Below, piece by piece: positions 45,370 to 57,763 of a DNA stretch of 64,000 nucleotides. Location of the stretch: contig JADEYG010000003.1 of assembly GCA_016906335.1 (NCBI GenBank), forward strand, positions 496,001 to 560,000. Direction: 5' to 3'. The DNA comes from Novakomyces olei. Taxonomy: Eukaryota. A model generated the notes under the pieces. It worked only from the letters and a program-made list of their open reading frames with translations, made no database searches and had not been told where the DNA came from. Position 1 is the first letter of the stretch. Every line of letters begins with the position of its first letter. A program made the translations under genes and the position numbers.

Positions 45370-46088
45370 CTATGAAGAAAACGTCTGTTTAATGACGGGC
45401 CAGCAAAGTTTGAATAGGTAAGCCCCGGCACTTATTTGTACGATCAAACTGATCAGGAAGCCAGGAGCACGGCCAGGGCCGTTCCGGTTGGACTTGAGAA
45501 TACCAAAATTTGCATGAGCAACACGAGCGACAGCAAAGCTGCCGAGAAGCGTATGCACAATACGTGAATCAGCACCGTTTAGTTCGGCAAGACCGATGAG
45601 CAAAAGCTGAGAAATTAATACAATATACAAACAAAAGAATAGTTATATTGACGCGCAAAAGTGCGCGAATCCAGACATAAAATACAAATTAAACTGTACA
45701 CAGCATCCAATTATATAATATTCGGCCGACCAAAATATTAAACAAATTAAAACAAAAAATGCAATAAGAATATCCAAACCACGAATCGAACAATCGTAAA
45801 ATGACGCAATAACCTACCGTCAGAGGCACATATTCGGTAAAGTTCCGCTGGGCTTGTACAAGAGCCTGCAGGGAAACTGGCTGTTCTGCGCTCGTCTCGC
45901 TCGATTCAGTGTTGAGCTGCTTCGAATTGACCCGGCGCAAACCGGTACGCAGGCTCAAGTAAACCGAGTAGCCGGCGAAAAAGGGCGCCCAAGTAGCAAC
46001 GCCGGCTGTACCATTAGAAGCTTTGAACATATACAATAATGATACGCGTTAGAATAAGACGGATCGGGCCAGAGTTTGCTCCAGACAT
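45370..46088 (-). CDS. MAPEG-family membrane protein, 3 exons
   Basis: QAQRNFTEYVPLT|LLLIGLAELNG...ARVAHA. Confidence 0.85.
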
Positions 46089-46812
46089 GACGCAGTTAGT
46101 ATTGGATTATGGTGGCTTTACGGGATCAAATCAGTTATGGTGCCGATAGATAGTATTGTGGGGAATCGCCTGTATTTATCTGTTAATCCTAAACGATGAC
46201 TTAATTGCGTTGTAATTGATTTGTACCATACCGTTACTTGGCCGATATGATGCGTTCTTTAGTTTACGGTACTTTTACGCGCTTAGAGATGGCTCGCCAT
46301 AGATTATGTTGACGCATTAATAGAGGGCAGAAATAGTATTATTTTAAACAGTTCGTGATATATGTATGTCAGACATTCTAACGTGATTTACTACACAATC
46401 GAAAAGCGCACTGTCAGACCTGCGGCGTCGTCGAGTAAACCATGCAGAAAACAGTACTAGTGGCCGCATAAATAAGATGTATGAGAAGTCACCTAGATTT
46501 TGGTGTTGATAAAGATGTTGAAAATAAAATTAGCAAAATAAGGTATGTAAGCTGTCGAAAGCAAAGACCACAATACTGTCTATTAATCATCATACAGAAA
46601 AGATTACGTCAAATCGGAGGAAATGACAGAATATTATTACTGCAGCAATGGTAATAGAGCCACCATAAGCATATCGACATTATTGATAAAAAATAATAAT
46701 ATTAATTATTAGTCAATAAATTATTATTCATAAAATAATAATAAAATATAATAATAATATTCCCAAAACCACTTTCGTTCCTTTCAAAAAGCCAATCGCA
46801 ACTGCCTGCACT

Positions 46813-47593
46813 ATGCGTGGTGTAGCACGGCCGCTGGTGGCGGCCGTGCGTTCTTTGCGCTACAATTCTAGCAGCAGCAAAGCTTCAAACCCTCCAATGT
46901 CCTTCCCTTGCATGGATCAGCTGGAGAAGCGGACAAGTGCCATTCTTGAGAAAAATGCAAATATTTCCCCAGCTTACTCTGCACTTTCAGGCCCGGAACC
47001 GGCTTATTCCCGTGTTCAATCCGGCTTCCAAACCTTCCACAGCGCGGAAAATTTTGAGTGTGATTATGGCGGCATACTGCCTCATATTGATTTAGCCTAT
47101 GAAACTTGGGGCCGATTAAATGCTGATAAAAGCAATGCAATTCTACTGCATACTGGACTCAGTGCTAGCAGCCACGCAAAGTCACACGTAAGCAATCCGG
47201 CACCGGGCTGGTGGGAGCAGTTTATTGGTAGTGGCAGAACAATTGATACCGATCGGTTTTTTGTTATTTGTTGTAATGTTATTGGCGGCTGCTATGGGTC
47301 AACGGGGCCAAGTTCTATAGATCCCGGCAGCAATCGCCGATATGGAACACGGTTCCCCATCGTTACTCAGCAAGATATGGTGCGAGCACAGTTTCGGCTG
47401 CTCGATCATTTGGGAATAAGGAGGCTTTACGCTAGCGTTGGCTGCTCCATGGGCGGAATGCAGAGCATCGCTGCTGGATTGCACGGAGTCGAAGCCGATC
47501 GTGTGGGACGAATTGTTAGTGTCAGTGGAGCTGCAAAGTCTCACCCTTATTCAATCGCCATGCGCCATACACAGCGACAGGGTATGATTCTAT

Positions 47594-47632
<39 letters not shown>

Positions 47633-48575
47633 TTTCTACTATATTTATCATATTTATTTAAATTAATTTTATTTGTGATACATCAGCTATAAATTTTTAC
47701 AATTATTTGGTTTCCGGTTTCTGGTTTGTATTATTTATTAATCATTTGATTATTCTTTGACTACTCTTTTATTAATTGGTGAATTATTTGATTACCCAAA
47801 ATATTGATCATCATTTAATCGTTTTCATTTTTGTTCCTCTGTATACATATTAGTTTTATAGTTATTGTTTCAACGACTAATCCGAGTCCTTATGGCCGAC
47901 CCCAACTGGAACAGGGGCGACTATTACGAAGGTGTGCCCCCACACGTCGGTCTCAAACTGGCCCGGGAAATTGCTACTATTACTTATCGATCTGGACCCG
48001 AATGGGAGCAGAGGTTTGGGACACTGCGGGCCGACCCAACGAAACCACCTGCCTTCTGCCCAGATTTTCTAATAGAGACTTACTTGGATCATGCTGGAGA
48101 AAAGTTTTGCTTGGAGTACGATGCGAATTCCTTTCTTTACATTTCAAAGGCAATGGACATCTTCGATGTCTCAGCTTCCAAATTGCAAGAATTGACAAAA
48201 TTAAAGCAAGATCGGGCCAGTGTTTTTTCCGCCTCATCAGCAGTTCCAGAACAGCCTTACTGTGAGCAAAACCAGCAGCCTGCACAGACTCCTCCAACCG
48301 TTTCGCAAAGGTTCCAAGACTTGGCTCAAGGACTACAGCCTTTACGGGACCTTCCAGTTCTTGTGATTGGAGTATTAACAGACAATCTCATGCCCGTCAT
48401 CTGTCAGCGTGAATTGGCAGACGGGCTGAGGGAGACTGGGAACCGTCGTGTCGAGTACGTTGAATTAGGGATGGAACAAAGTCTATATGGCCACGATACG
48501 TTCTTGATCAAGCGTAAAGGCGCCGATGATGTTCTTGGTGGAAGTATTAAACAGTTCCTTGAAGAAGACGAATAA
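46813..48575 (+). CDS. CYS2: Mitochondrial serine O-succinyl/acetyltransferase (Cys2-type, homoserine acetyltransferase superfamily); intron 47582-47886
   Basis: [53 protein letters not shown]; presequence-like N-terminus. Confidence 0.85.
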
Positions 48576-48645
48576 TTACGGCCAGGGAAATCATTTGTAA
48601 TATTATATACATATATGTATATACTTATATTTGGACTAAACATAC

Positions 48646-48680
48646 AAGGAAAGGAAAGGAAAGGAAAGGAAAGGAAAGGA
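48646..48680. repeat. (GGAAA)n short microsatellite
   Basis: About 7 copies downstream of CYS2. Confidence 0.9.
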
Positions 48681-49058
48681 CAAGGATTGCAATCACTTTA
48701 ATCCTCTGAGCCCAAGTATGGTCAGGGCAAGAGAGTATTAGAATGGAGCTTCAGTTGCATATAATATCTATTATTGAACAGCACACGACTTTGTTTATTT
48801 TCAGAGATGGTTGTGTACATGCATGAAGAATTAGAATTGGAACTAATTAAAGGAACATAGAAATAAATAAACAAATCAATGGAACAATGGAACAATGAAG
48901 AATCAGTTTTCATAAATGATTCAATAAAACCTTTTTATGTGTTTAACAAACGTTTACTACTCGTGCGACGTTTGCAGACTAGCCCTCAACTTTCACACAC
49001 TATGTAATTCAAAAGTATTAAAATCGATCTATAAGCTACATTAACAATTGCCCAGCGA

Positions 49059-50421
49059 TCACCGCGAGCTTAGACGTGCCATATCTGCCCCAGAATCAAT
49101 CTTGGAGGTGACGCCATTATCCTTGTTCGTGGCAGACCGACGCTTCTTAATACTTGCACCGTCCAAAGAAGCTTGGCTGCTTTGCGATGATTTTACATAT
49201 ATTTTCTCCTTATTGCCCTCACCATCCGCAGGCTCTTCTTCCGTCTCCTCGTCCTCGTCAGAACGATTATCCTCCGCACCATGACCAGTCACCACGCGAA
49301 TAGCAACACGCATAATTAAATAAAACCAAGCACATATAATCAGTTCCAAGCCGATTAAAAGCGAAAGGAAAACGACATGAACAGTGCGGGTGAAGAAGTA
49401 TTCACGCTCTGGAATCCAATGATACCCGCCCATTATATCCTTTGCATCAAAAGCAGCGGACCAAATAACAGCACCGTACAGGAAATGCCGAGTCGCTATC
49501 CAAGTAAAGAGAAACAGGGCAAACATTGCATCGCATATTCTGCCAAATTCCAGATAATGAAGCATTTTGGCACACTTGGGGTTAGTATTTTGGGACATGA
49601 AACTAGTAATTACCGGCAGAATAATATCGCAAATATCCATCAAAACCAGGATAAAATTGCCGACACGGGTCACGTTGAGACGATAACTCCAAAACATGAG
49701 CGAGCAAGTTATAATGTGATGGCAAAACATTTGAAGGTAATCCTTGCGTCGCTCCTCCACGTGAAGCACAACAATCTGGCTCAACCAAAAGCCCATTTGC
49801 ACAAGGTAATAGCACTTGAATCTAAAAGACATATTTGTTTGCGGGTAGCCTTCCCACAGCTTTTTAATACTACCAGAGTATGAGCTCGTGGTGTAAATGT
49901 ACTGCGTCATTAGCAGGATTCAAACTGTAATCCGGTATTACCATCCCAATGCTGAACGAGAAAATGTAATAAATAAAACTCCAGCCCTGTTCAGCAAACC
50001 GGAGTTTGGCTTTGCGCCGTTTTATACCCGTCTTGAAGGCGATCGGGTACAGGATATAGTCCATGGCAAAAGCACGAATACCTGTAAAAATTACGGCCCA
50101 TGCGAGGACGAAAAATATATCATAGCGCGACTTTGTATAGGACTGCGACGCCGGATGGTAGTTTGAAAGGTGAAAGACGGGATCAAGAGCAGGCGATAGT
50201 CGCAGAACATCAGCAATGTACAGCGGAGCCAGAATTGCGATCGAGATGGCTATGCTGGATCAGCACAGGACAAGTATAATAAGCAGTGAAAAGAGCGAGT
50301 AAAGGCACTCAGTATGGCCTAATGCCGATCTAATCTTACCCAATTGCTGACCCAACTCCTTTGGCGGACCGTCCTCCTCTTTCGACGGCTTTGGCACTGT
50401 TCTGACACTGCTCTTGGCCAT
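49059..50421 (-). CDS. LAG1: Ceramide synthase (Lag1/Lac1 family), 4 exons
   Basis: RFAEQGW and the Lag1p motif RRKDYLQMFCHHIIT..MDICDIILP|CAKML; paralog assignment (LAG1 vs LAC1) uncertain. Confidence 0.88.
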
Positions 50422-51000
50422 ACTGAACACGCTGCCCTCCGGTACGGGGTCTTGGAGAGCACCAGGCTAAAGATCAGTGGCTTTAGGAGCAGAGACAGCT
50501 GTACACAGATATATCTGGATCTGCGACTGGTCGAGGCCGATGCCTAATAAAAAATACGTCGCGTGACCGCCACGGCAAATGCTCTTTTTTTGTTGCACCG
50601 AACCGCGCACACAACCGCGTACAGTTATCTATCTATTGCCGCGGATTTGGTCAGAGTGCGTGGATGGGAATATCGTCCATACACGTGTAATGTATGAGGA
50701 TCGTATCGGAGATGCGTCTGTCTAGTAATATTGTATTTTTTCATATACTTTTCCTATCATTTCACGGTTTATTGTTCGCGGCGGATACGATCGCTAATTG
50801 GTGGCCATTTTATGCTCGACTGGGGCGGCGGTATATTGGCGAATTTTACCGATTTATATGGTAATACTGGCTTTTAGTATGGGCTTGTCTTTTTTGACTT
50901 TTTTTGTCTTGATTTTCTTTGGATGGTTACTATTAATAAAACTCGACTTAACGGGTGGTTTACGGTAGGAAAGAATTTATTAAATGATACTAAACTGAAC

Positions 51001-51405
51001 TAAATTAAATTAAATTAAATTAAATTAAATTAAATTAAATTAAATTAAATTAAATTAAATTAAATTAAATTAAATTAAATTAAATTAAATTAAATTAAAT
51101 TAAATTAAATTAAATTAAATTAAATTAAATTAAATTAAATAAATTAAATTAAATTAAATTAAATTAAATAAATTAAATTAAATTAAATTAAATTAAATAA
51201 ATTAAATTAAATTAAATTAAATTAAATTAAATTAAATTAAATTAAATTAAATTAAATTAAATTAAATTAAATTAAACTAAATTAAATTAAATTAAATTAA
51301 ATTAAATGACATTAAATGACATTAAATGACATTAAATGACATTAAATAAAATAAAATAAAATAAAATAAAATAAAATAAAATAAAATAAAATAAAATAAA
51401 ATAAA
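51001..51405. repeat. Compound satellite (TAAAT)n-(ATTAAATGAC)4-(AAAAT)n, about 400 bp
   Basis: Direct reading; in the divergent LAG1/TCD intergenic region. Confidence 0.98.
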
Positions 51406-51479
51406 TTTTAAATTAAACGTTTTAAAATAAAAATAAAAATAATATCTGGCGGAGATCAAGATCAGATGCAGTTTGCATA

Positions 51480-53141
51480 ATGGCAACGATCCGCGACAGC
51501 TTTACACGCTGGGCGCTGTCGCGTGTCGGCACTATCACAATCACTGCAATTTCGGCTTCAGGTAAGAATCAAAGAGCAGTCTCTGATTTATAATCAGATC
51601 ATGAAAAGAAAACGACATGTTGAAGCATTTACAGGAACAAATAATTGAGGCTACGAAAAGAATAAAATAGAGAAAAAAGAAAAATAGAGGGAGAAAACGA
51701 ACAAGAATAAAGAAAAGAAGAAAAAAGAAAGACTAATCCTAGTTTTCTGTGAACGCAATTCAGCTCTTTCTAATTAAATCTAGCGATAACCATTCTCCTT
51801 ACGCTCCCAATTAAAGACGCTCTGTTTGTTTTGCGCAGCCGATTGTTAAAAGAACAAGTTCTTTCAGAGCAACATGAAGACCGAAAAATGGAAGAATGGG
51901 GCGGAGACCGCGGCGAAAAGCCCCGAAAGTCGTCGTCATCAGCAAAAAGGCCGCAACTGCCATCGCAGCCGCAAGAGTGGGATGAAACGCTGTTAAGGGA
52001 GCAATTAGCGCGTAATTACGCCTTTTATGGGGAACAAGGTATGTCCAAGATCCGTGGAGCCTTTGTCGTAGTCGCCGGCGTGGGCGGAGTCGGCAGTTGG
52101 GCGGCAACAATGCTTATTCGCTCCGGTGTCTCTCGATTACGAATCATTGACTTTGATCAAGTAACACTAAGCAGCTTGAATCGTCACGCAGTCGCTACCC
52201 TGCAAGATGTAGGCAGAGCAAAAGTGGGTGTGGTCAAATCTCGGCTGAGGCAAATTGCTCCCTGGGCACAAGTTGATGATCAAAATACTCTGCTGCAGCA
52301 ATCAAATCTGCCACAGTTACTTGCAGGCTCTCCTGACTTTGTTATCGATGCAATCGATAATATCTCCACTAAAGTAGATCTCCTCTACTACTGCCACACG
52401 AACTCTATACCCGTTATCTCGTCCATGGGCTCAGGGTGCAAGTCCGATCCTTCACGGATCAGTATCAATGACATTTCTACTACAACTGATGATCCATTGT
52501 CTCGAGCCACCCGACGTGGTCTCAAGGCCAGGGGCATTTTAACCGGGATTCCTGTCGTTTTCTCTACTGAAAAACCGGATCCTCGCAAGGCTAGCTTGCT
52601 GCCTCTGGACGATGAAGAGTTCCGACGTGGCAATGTGGAAGATTTAAGCGTCCTTCCCGATTTCCGAGCCCGGATTCTTCCGGTTTTGGGGACACTTCCG
52701 GGTATTGTCGGGCTGAGTTGTGCCACATTTGTGCTTAACACTTTAGCCGGATACCCAATAGAGCCGCTTACGTACAAGAACCGGAGTAAACTCTACAATG
52801 ATAATGTTTCCAACCTTACAATGCAATGCCTTCGGCTCGGAGAACCAGGAGAAATTACCTTGGACGCTGATGACGTGGGGTTCGTGCTGGATGAAATATA
52901 CCGTGGCCGATCAGTACTGCCTCCTCACATAATATCGCGTACTGGCCTTACACGCTGGGATGCTCATAAGCCTTTACGTATTACTAACGTGGTGGCCATG
53001 ACAAAGAACGAAATTCGAAAACATGAAGAATCTGTTTTGTTTCCTCGTCGAGATCCTGCCGAGGTTTATAGCACTTCTGTTGTTGCGGCAGTTGCACATC
53101 GAACAAACGAAATTAATGAGCTATTAAAATGGCGCGACTAG
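51480..53141 (+). CDS. TCD2: tRNA threonylcarbamoyladenosine dehydratase (ThiF/E1-like); intron 51562-51783
   Basis: REQLARNYAF, GVGGVGSW, DFDQVTLSSLNRHA, DAIDNI, SSMGSG, DPLSRATR, VFSTEKP, RILPVLG; TCD1 vs TCD2 not resolvable. Confidence 0.9.
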
Positions 53142-53439
53142 TTGACTCAGAGAAAGATTGTCTAGTCGTTCGTCTTAGTCACAACTGATCACCAGCACTA
53201 ATTACTAGTGCTGTTCAGCTCAGTCATATAGACAAATGTGAATATTAAATACCCCTGCATTTACAGAACACTTTTACCGTTTAGTTCCATAATATGTGAA
53301 CAGCTAATAGACGTACACCTTACATGTCTACCAACCTGTTTATCAATACAGCAGAATACGGATCAAGATTTAAATCGAGTTTTAATTAAGCCCGCTCGAT
53401 AATAGGCGGTCGGCAGGATAGATTAAATTAGAATATAAT

Positions 53440-54311
53440 CTAATGGGCTGTAAAGTTAGAGCATGAACAAGGTGAAACCCAAGAAATTTATCCAATCCAA
53501 ATCACAAAACTGAAGTATCAAATAAAGCCATAATGATAATGCCACATTTGAACGATATAGAAAAACATGTAAAAAAGGCATGATAATAGAGCAATAGAAA
53601 TATAGAGTAAAAAGAGATAAATCAAGTACCATCACTCTGCGCCGTCACGTAGTCGATTGCATCTTGAACGGTCTTAATATTGTCCGCCGCTTCGTCGGGA
53701 ATCTCGATAGAGAACTCCTCTTCGATCGCCATCACAGCTTCCACCGTATCTAGGGAATCAAGACCCAAATCGTTCGCAAATGATGCTTGAGGCGTGATCT
53801 AATATTAGTCAGATACTCAAATTAAAATCAAACCAAAGAAAAAAGAGGCTTCAATAAAAGCAGGAATAAAAAATCATAAAGCGATTGACACAATAAATGA
53901 ATGATGATCGATTTTGTATGATCGTATCCTTTTGCCATTCATATGATGATTTGCTCGACATTATTTCATAGTGTGCGCTAATATGATACCTATACGAAAC
54001 TAGATCATAGTATTCGTAAGAAAATACAAAAGATGGGTAGTCCCGAAAGGAATACTTACCTTTGACGAATCAGATACTTTGTCAAAGCCCTTAATCAAAT
54101 CAATGATACGGCTCTCAGCATCGCTTGGGCTGACGCCGGCGGCAGCCGAGTAGTGACGCACCATCGGGCGGCTGCTCAAAGGCATAAATGGGCTTTGAAT
54201 TGCAGCCACACGTTTCGTGGAAACGGAGGCTGCAAGTGAGCTGCCATAGCGGACGCGCCCGCTAATAGCACCGGCACGAAGAGCGCTGGAAAAGACTCGG
54301 CGCGAGAACAT
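53440..54311 (-). CDS. ACP1: Mitochondrial acyl carrier protein, 3 exons
   Basis: Presequence; [26 protein letters not shown]; last coding exon is only 8 nt. Confidence 0.96.
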
Positions 54312-54637
54312 TTTAGTGCTCAGATCTTGTTGAAGAAGATGAATGGGAATTAGAAAACGGACAAAATGTAGACGAATATAGTTTTGCAATGGACACTGTA
54401 TTAGAGCAGGCAAAAGATAAACCGGGTATGAATTATGATAGAACAGAACGGAGATAACTTGGATAAATTGGATTTTGTTATTGTTTTAATAATATCGATA
54501 GAGCGGGATATAAAATTTAGCAAGTATATACCGGTCACCTATTTTCCGTCCTTGTATGACGCTAAATTCTGCGGTAAGGCTTGTAATTGATAAGTCCGCA
54601 GATAAAGCAATATTACGGTATATTACTTCGACTTCGA

Positions 54638-54656
54638 CTAACCTAACCCTAACCCT
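54638..54656. promoter_or_regulatory. Interstitial telomere-like motif CTAACCTAACCCTAACCCT (Teb1/Tbf1-type site)
   Basis: Tandem TAACCC copies in the ACP1/SHO1 divergent promoter. Confidence 0.55.
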
Positions 54657-55154
54657 CGATGTCGCTGACTGTGCCATTCAATTATAAAGCGATTGCTATA
54701 TTGTACGCTTACCAAGTCGATACTTATTAGGCCATTTCGTAGAATAAACCCATCTTCACAGGTTCTGTCTATATCTACGCCTGAATTCCAATAGGCTTTT
54801 ACAAATCGGTCACCAAATTAGTGGAAAAGTTTCAATGTACTTGTGCCAAATAAGTATATTCTTTTCACTCCTTGTCAGATCGATTAGTTTTATAGCTTTC
54901 TTAACCAAAATCCAATAAGATTTAATAAGATTATTACGTTGCGTACATTCAGTTACACAGATTCGAATCGCATCGTGCATTCATGCAATACTCATTAACG
55001 AAGTATTATCCGATATCAACCGGCGGACGACACAAAATTGGGGGTAAACTCCAACAACGACCTTAGCGAATTTACTCTTCATAACAAGAGTCGCTAAAAG
55101 ATGCATTATAGCAGATCGCTATCGACAAGTAATCACAGCTGCAACGCCAAGTAT

Positions 55155-55170
55155 ACGCGTTCCTACGCGT
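55155..55170. promoter_or_regulatory. Tandem MCB (ACGCGT) pair upstream of SHO1
   Basis: ACGCGT at 55155-55160 and 55165-55170. Confidence 0.5.
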
Positions 55171-55489
55171 AACAAAGACAACTAAGCAATGCTAAAAGCG
55201 GAGCCAGCAGGAACGAGAGCCTGGTGCAAAGCTCAAAACTGGCAGTGAAAAAACGTGGACATATTTGCTGCTAAGGAAAAACTCGACTTTTGCACTATGG
55301 CCTCAATTTTCCGATTTTAAAAATAATCATTAACCAACCTTTTGACTCGAGACGGACGGCATTTCCTATTTTGCCACAATTTTTTAGTAGTAAAGTACAC
55401 ATTATAAACACATAATAAATGGATTTTCAAATTATATATTAAAATATCAATAAAATAATCGAAATATCGATCCTGAGCCACTAACCATC

Positions 55490-56848
55490 ATGTCGCATTA
55501 CATCAAAGCGGGAGCCGGACGCTCGCGGTTCGACCCTCGAGATATATCAATTGGCCGCGTAGTTGCATGGGATTCGGCACTCATAGTCGGCGACCCTTTT
55601 TTTCTGTCCACCGTCACTATTGCCATTGTAGGTTTATATCTTTCTTTTTGCTCTATTTGTCGTCAATGTTTTTTCTTAGAATCTGGTTTGTCTTCGCGAA
55701 TACATTGCTTTTGATATTGTGCAATTTGAACCTTCAAATTTGCTAATGCATCTAGATTGGCTGGGTCTGCGCCTTTATCTCATCGATCGTCGCAAATGCT
55801 ACTTCAGACTCGTTCATTCACTTTGCTTGGTGGGCTGTAAGTACTATGGAACAGATCTCTTACTTTGCAAATATTTGAAACTGGTTTCCTGTTTTCTGTC
55901 CTCGTTTTTGCTGGAAATTTCTGTTTTTCTCTTTGATTCGTCTTTATCGTCTCTGTGTCCAGAAATGCTTTTATCGTGCCTGTTTTCGTTCTTTTTACCT
56001 TTTATTTCCTTTTCCTTTTTTTTCTTTTAAAATCATTGCTTTTTGCTGTACTCCTTTTATTTTATTTTCTTGCATTCATGTTCTATAAACTTGTTACGTT
56101 ATCATTTTTGAACTGGAATAAAACCTTCTAACACTCGTCAAAGGTCATTTACGAGCTGGGCCTTATAGTAGGCATAACCATCGTAGTAGGGGTCAATAGT
56201 GTGGAGGCTCATAGAGTAGCGCTTGTAGGGTTCCTTGGAGCTGCTCTTGCCTTCACATGCTCTATTGTTAATACTGTAATATATTCGAGCCGGGCAGCGG
56301 AGCAAGCGGTAGCAGCGGGACACATTTTCCTGTCGATGGTCAATATTGTATGGATCTATTATTTTGGAACCACATCAGAGGCAGCTGGAAAAAGATGGAT
56401 GGAGTCTTATTCTGTGCATGCGAGCAAAACCAATCCTCATGATATTCAGCACAGTTTTAATGCTGCAAATACGGCGCCAATGACAAATCGCCCAGGCACG
56501 TCTCAAAGCATTTACCAGTCTGGACGGTTTGGCAGTCCTTACCCTCGACCGAGTACAGCTCAGGGCAATGAGAACAACGACAACACTTCTGGGGAACAAG
56601 AAGGCCCTCAAGTGGACCGAACATCTAAAGCAGAGGATTCCCGGCCTGTAAGTGCTCTGACTACAGAGTATCCTTTACGGGCCAAGGCAATTTATTCTTA
56701 CGATGCTAATGAGGATGATCCCAACGAAGTTTCGTTCACAAAGGGAGAAATATTGGAAGTGTCTGATACAAGCGGGAAATGGTGGCCGGTTCGTAAAGCT
56801 GACGGGTCTATCGGTATTGTTCCGAGCAATTATGTCGCTTTATTATAA
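55490..56848 (+). CDS. SHO1: Osmosensor/adaptor Sho1 (4 TM + SH3), 3 exons
   Basis: GDPFFLSTVTIAI|IGW, FAWWA, AAGHIFLSMVNIVWIYYFG, SH3 AKAIYSYDANEDDPNEVSF..GKWW..GIVPSNYV. Confidence 0.95.
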
Positions 56849-57763
56849 GGAGACAGGGACAGGATTCTTTTTGTCTGGTGCGAATATTATTTTGTTTATA
56901 TTATTTATTTATTCCTTGCGACATAAGGCCAGGAAATAACGGTAGCCAGTCGCATTGACCTTGCAGTATTATTCTTGCCAAGATTGCGAACATCTGATGG
57001 AAATTGAAAATCAAATTTGACGCCGTTTTAAATTTGCAATAATTACAACCAAGCTTGCGCCGATAATGAAGACTGAAGGCTCTGCTGCCTTTAATGCTCC
57101 TACGAGTCGCTTACTTAATCGACGGTTTTGAGTAGATTATTCACTTCTGGCTGGTCCAGAAAACTTTGATGACTACACAATATACAAATATATTTGTATA
57201 TTGTTCTTGAGTCTTTTCTTTTATGCCTTCATTGCTATTTTTCAATCGTCAGTCGGATTTACATCGCTTTATCATTGTCATTTCCCAGCTTTTTCATAGT
57301 CGAACCATTGTTTGTTCACGTGTTTGATTAATATCTGATTAATATCGAAGCGGGATGTCAACAGAGAAAGCAATTTAATGGATTTTAAAGCCCAAAACTG
57401 CTATATATTTTTAAGAATAAATGTCCCTTTTGCCGTTTGTATAAGTAGCACGTTCGTACTCGTCCTTTTAAGAATATTTACTCACTTTAATATGCCTTTA
57501 CACCGAGTTGAATTTTATTCCAGGTTAAAGTCAATGAATAATTGCTACTAATACAGTGAAATAATTGAAAATTAACCGACTGAGCAGTTCAATTACCAAC
57601 TAATCTTACTATTAGAGTGTATTCACTATTTATGAATTATATCACATTCGTTTCACCGAGATTCGGTTTTTGGCCCAATATACAACTCCCCGCATCTACA
57701 TCATGCAGCCAGACGGCAATCTATACTTTTGATTTTAATCAGATATAGCAAAGATTATATGCC

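Noticed and set aside
49377-49883. Long antisense ORFs over LAG1, PAB1, ARO1, TCD, RING and SMI1
   Set aside because: Typical shadow ORFs opposite GC-richer coding sequence; no motifs
53900-53950. ATGATGA C-box-like motifs in the ACP1 intron region
   Set aside because: They are antisense to the host gene, with no matching D box or rRNA guide found
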